Shown one piece after another: positions 60,483 to 64,000 of a DNA stretch of 64,000 nt. Under the pieces are notes generated by a model. It worked only from the letters and a program-made list of their open reading frames with translations. It was not told the DNA's origin and did no database searches. The translations under genes were made by a program, and so were the position numbers. The DNA lies in contig NW_003314291.1 in assembly GCF_000143415.4 (NCBI RefSeq), positions 1,069,702 through 1,133,701 on the forward strand, written 5' to 3'. Position 1 is the first letter of the stretch. Each line of letters opens with the position of its first letter. Source of the DNA: Selaginella moellendorffii. Lineage: Eukaryota; Plantae; Lycopodiophyta.

Positions 60483-63400
60483 ATGGTAAGTCTTTTAGAC
60501 GAAGTAGAAAATGGCATGAGGCCACATGCCATTCAGTAGCAACATTGGCATGCACCGATTGGGCTCTCGAGTGCAGTCCGGTTACAGATGGCGTGTAGCC
60601 TCACGCCATCTTAGGATGCAGCCTCAAGACATCTGATGCAGTGGTGAATGGCGTGTGGCCTCACGTTATTTCCAGCTGCTAGCTTTTCATCTGTCAACTC
60701 TAATTGTTGTGCATTTTTGAACAGGCGAGGAATTGCGTTCTTCTTCCAGCCACTGTCAATGTGGATGCAGAGAAGGGGGAGGAGCTCACCAGTTGGACTT
60801 TCGGGATGGAAGGCGAGGATCTGATGCTGTACAACACAGATGGTGGGAGAAAAGAATGCATGGGGATCCTCATCCAAGTGACAGACACTCCATGCAGTTC
60901 CATGCAAGAATATGGACTGGCACTTGTGGTAGAGACAGCGTCCGCCTTCAAGATCCACCTTGCACATCCTAGCGGCTTCCCAGAGGGGGGCAGCGGCAGG
61001 AATTCCTAGAGGGAGCTAGGGAGAGGTTGTCCAGGAGGCCCACAATTTCAAAGACGCTGCGGGTTTATGAAGATCACATGGAATCCACGGACCTCACCTA
61101 CGGCGATGTTCAAAAACTATATTCCAACATTGAGCCGTTGAGAGTGCCTCCAGTTTGCGAAGCGAAGGGGAAGGGGGTCGATCTGGAAACTACCCCGAAG
61201 CAGAAAAGGGTGGTCAAGCTCAAGCCGACGTCCGACTCTGCTGCTCCAAAAAAGAAGCTACTCGGTGATGCCATTGCCTCGGGTTCGAACACTACACCCA
61301 CCAAAAAGAAGAGCTGCAAAGAGCAGAAAGAGCAAGAAGAGGCAGCAAAAATCGTCGCAGATAATAGTACTTGTTACTATTCCAACAAAGTATATACAAT
61401 CGACGTGAGCCGTATCGAGATCCAAAGCAAATACAACCACAGGCTAGTATCTGATGAGTGGGTGGAGAAACTGAAGCAGAAGATGCTGGCAAGTCCAGTA
61501 ACACCCGACATCGCAGACGTGATCCCCTACTACCGAACAATGAAGGGCGAGACGAGGTTTCCAGACTTGATCAATAGGAAGGTGTTGGACGATCAGAACA
61601 TCCGGTTCTATGCCGTCTCCGGGCAGCATTCTAGCTTGGCGATGCAACAGATAGTTGTGGATATTATGGTGGGCGAGGAGGTGAAGAAAGTCTTCAAGAC
61701 AAGAGTTGTCCGCCTGATAAAAGGCAACTCGCCCCTCCGATCTATCATATACATCTCCCACGCGCAGAATGTCAAGCAAGAAACGTGCTACAAATCGGGT
61801 CTGCACGAGACATTGGCACGAACACGGAAGCTCTGGGTTCAACTGAAGAAGCCACAAAAACCAGGACAAGGACGTGCACTAGCAACTAGCGCCTGGCAGG
61901 TAAGCCTCGTTGCATGTGGCATAGCATGTGGCCTCACGCCATTTCCATTGCAGGAATTCTCGAGTCTTCTCTCGAAAACACTGGGGGTCAATGACACACT
62001 CAGCATCCATAACATTCTACTCGCGACAAAAGTTGTTTTTGACAAATGGGTAGATGTGCTAAGGAGGTACCATGACGGGGAGTTGCTAAACTCAATGGGT
62101 GTGGAGGACGGCCGGAAGCCCAATGATTTGAAGCTCAACGCCTTGCATTTCTCGCGGTCTCTAGACGACGACGACCTTCTGACAGTGGCTAATGCTCTTC
62201 TACTTGGTGAGGTAGTCTTCAACAAGACCAAAATGACTCCCGGCCATATTGTGACATACGAGGACTTGTGCACGACTCTGAGAGCTCGTGCGCTATTGAA
62301 GGATTGGATCTTCGAGCAAGTGGCCGTGGCGAGGGTGAGCATCGACACCACGCAAGAGATGATGGAAGAGCTGGACTTGTCAAATGAAGACATCGACGAG
62401 TACGTGAAGGGGGCCCCCAAGTTCATCGATCTGCTGCAGGATGCCACGAAAAGTAAAGCTGAGAAGTTGGATCAGTATCCAAATTTCATTAAGAGGGATG
62501 TCGACCGCCGGCTTCAGAAACAGCTCGACCCCGCAGCAGAGGCCTATCGAGAACCTTACCGGGTATACGTGAATTCGGATGAGGATCAAAGGTGGAGGAG
62601 CATCGTTTCCCGCGGAGATGAGCAGGTCAAGAACATCTTTTGTGTGATGGACTTCACAAACGAGGAGATCACTCATGCAGACGAAGTCAGCTCCATCATT
62701 GACTTAATGGTGGGACTTGCGGAAGTGGAATCTTCAGTCCACTATATGATCTACGACTCCGAATCCTATCACAAGTTCTGGAAGGCCTTGAACGAGGTGA
62801 AGGCTCGGTTGAAAGGCAAGGAGATGCGGGAGATCCATGGGATAATGGCTAAGAAGAAGATACCGACGAATGTCCGCATCTTCACAGTCGCCCTTGTTAT
62901 TGGTCCTGCAGCAGAGTGGGACTGGAGTGACTTCCCAGCTTCGTTCAACAAAGCCGATCGAATTGATCTGAGGGAGGTCAATTTACCCGTGCCTGAGGAA
63001 CTGAAGACGGCTATGGAGCTTTCGAATCCAAAGAAAGCTCCAGGTGCAGCATGGGAAATGCTCAGCTAGGTCTTCAACGCAATAGCGGGTGACTCCAAGG
63101 GCAAATGCGTTGTCGAGTACAACTGCGGCGGACTATTCTTTCGAGCCGCACTACTCAAGGGTGTCCCGTGTGTTGCGGTGACAAACTCCATTGAAGAGGT
63201 GACTTCAATGGAGCATATAATTATAGTTGCCAAAGAAAAACAGTATCTTCTCTACGAACCTGGTGAGTACGCACTTTAAGTTTAAATGTTATCTCACAAG
63301 CTCTGTATGCAGGAGCGTGGCCACCCCCAGATGCTGAAACGGCGTTAACAGCTACTGATGTTAGGCCGAGGTCACAACCTGCACAAGGTAAGGTCACGTG

Positions 63401-64000
63401 AGGCCTCACGCCATTTTGATTATAGATCGTTGTGAATATTCAGACACGAGGACTGAAAAGCGCACTGGTGGCGCGTCGAAGAAGGACAAACAGACAAGCA
63501 ATAGGAAAAAAGGAGGTACAAATTATATTTGCAATGGCGTGTGGTCTCATGCCATTCCTTGCAGGAGACACTTCTTCAAAGGCAAAACAGGCAAGCACCA
63601 GCCAAGCTCAAACTGACAGTGGTCATAAAAAGCGAAAGCACGTTGGACAGTCGTCGGGATCAGAGGCGTTTGATTCGAAAAGGAAGAAGGGCAACGAAAA
63701 GATGATAGGTAATGCCTCGCGGTTATGGCGTGTGTGCTCATGCCATTCATTGCAGATCAAGGGCTGAGTGAAAGGAGCCAGTCACCACCTTCTGACTCAG
63801 ATTCCTATGGCGGACTCCCCTTCCCCAATCTCAATGGAGAGGTACAATGGATGAGGGATGCTTTTCAAGTCAGGGCCACGTTTTTCTCATCTCGTCGTCT
63901 TCGAAGGGTGCAAGAACGTGCAGAAACCATGTTAAGACAGTCGGGTGAGGATACGGTCCTAGGTCACGCACTAAAACAGGCTATGGATGTCTTGTATTTT
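60483..64000 (+). pseudogene. Cargo gene, copy 2 (4-bp deletion at ~60997, stop at 63067-63069; continues beyond window)
   Basis: Introns 61900-61953, 63263-63312, 63388-63425 (or -63443), 63516-63564 and 63709-63755 are all GT-AG and frame-preserving. Confidence 0.8.

Larger units (their letters stand above)
53261..64000 (-). mobile_element. Sola-like TIR transposon copy 2 (inverted relative to copy 1, runs off the window)
   Basis: Begins AAGCTCTATTTCGTTAAAGTGGGA and is the reverse complement of copy 1 from 43442 back to ~32925. The preceding 4 bp TATG is the predicted TSD. Confidence 0.93.

Noticed and set aside
60994-61001. Deleted 4-mer TATG equals the predicted TSD of copy 2
   Set aside because: A 4-bp match 7.7 kb away is expected by chance.

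Overview
This window is eukaryotic plant DNA made almost entirely of nested transposons, with no intact host gene. It is probably a non-seed land plant such as a lycophyte, which I infer from ~50-nt introns, a Selaginella-like PPR fragment and a bryophyte/lycophyte-type 5S fragment. It contains: (1) five copies of one minus-strand Ty3/Gypsy chromovirus family (~1.1-kb LTRs TGTAAG...CTTACA, tRNA-iMet PBS, PPT) whose integrase is interrupted by two conserved GT-AG introns; (2) a second LTR family and a 196-bp LTR carrying a 5S rRNA promoter (Cassandra-like); (3) a Mutator-like DDE+SWIM transposase pseudogene; (4) an L1-clade LINE; (5) a captured Crinkler/RHS-type NTPase fragment. The most notable item is a 13-kb TIR DNA transposon with a 4-bp TSD, present as two inverted copies (30429-43442 complete; 53261->64000 partial) plus a 287-bp MITE derivative. 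It encodes a Sola-like DDD transposase. Divergently, it encodes a multi-exon cargo gene that appears to fuse a ParB/Srx-like domain, a degenerate amino-methyltransferase-like fold, an acidic linker and an FCP1-type HAD domain. About 25 copies of a 22-bp palindrome are spread through the element, several of them inside the cargo gene's introns, and the MITE keeps one at each end. Domain calls are by-eye motif recognition; no database search was run.
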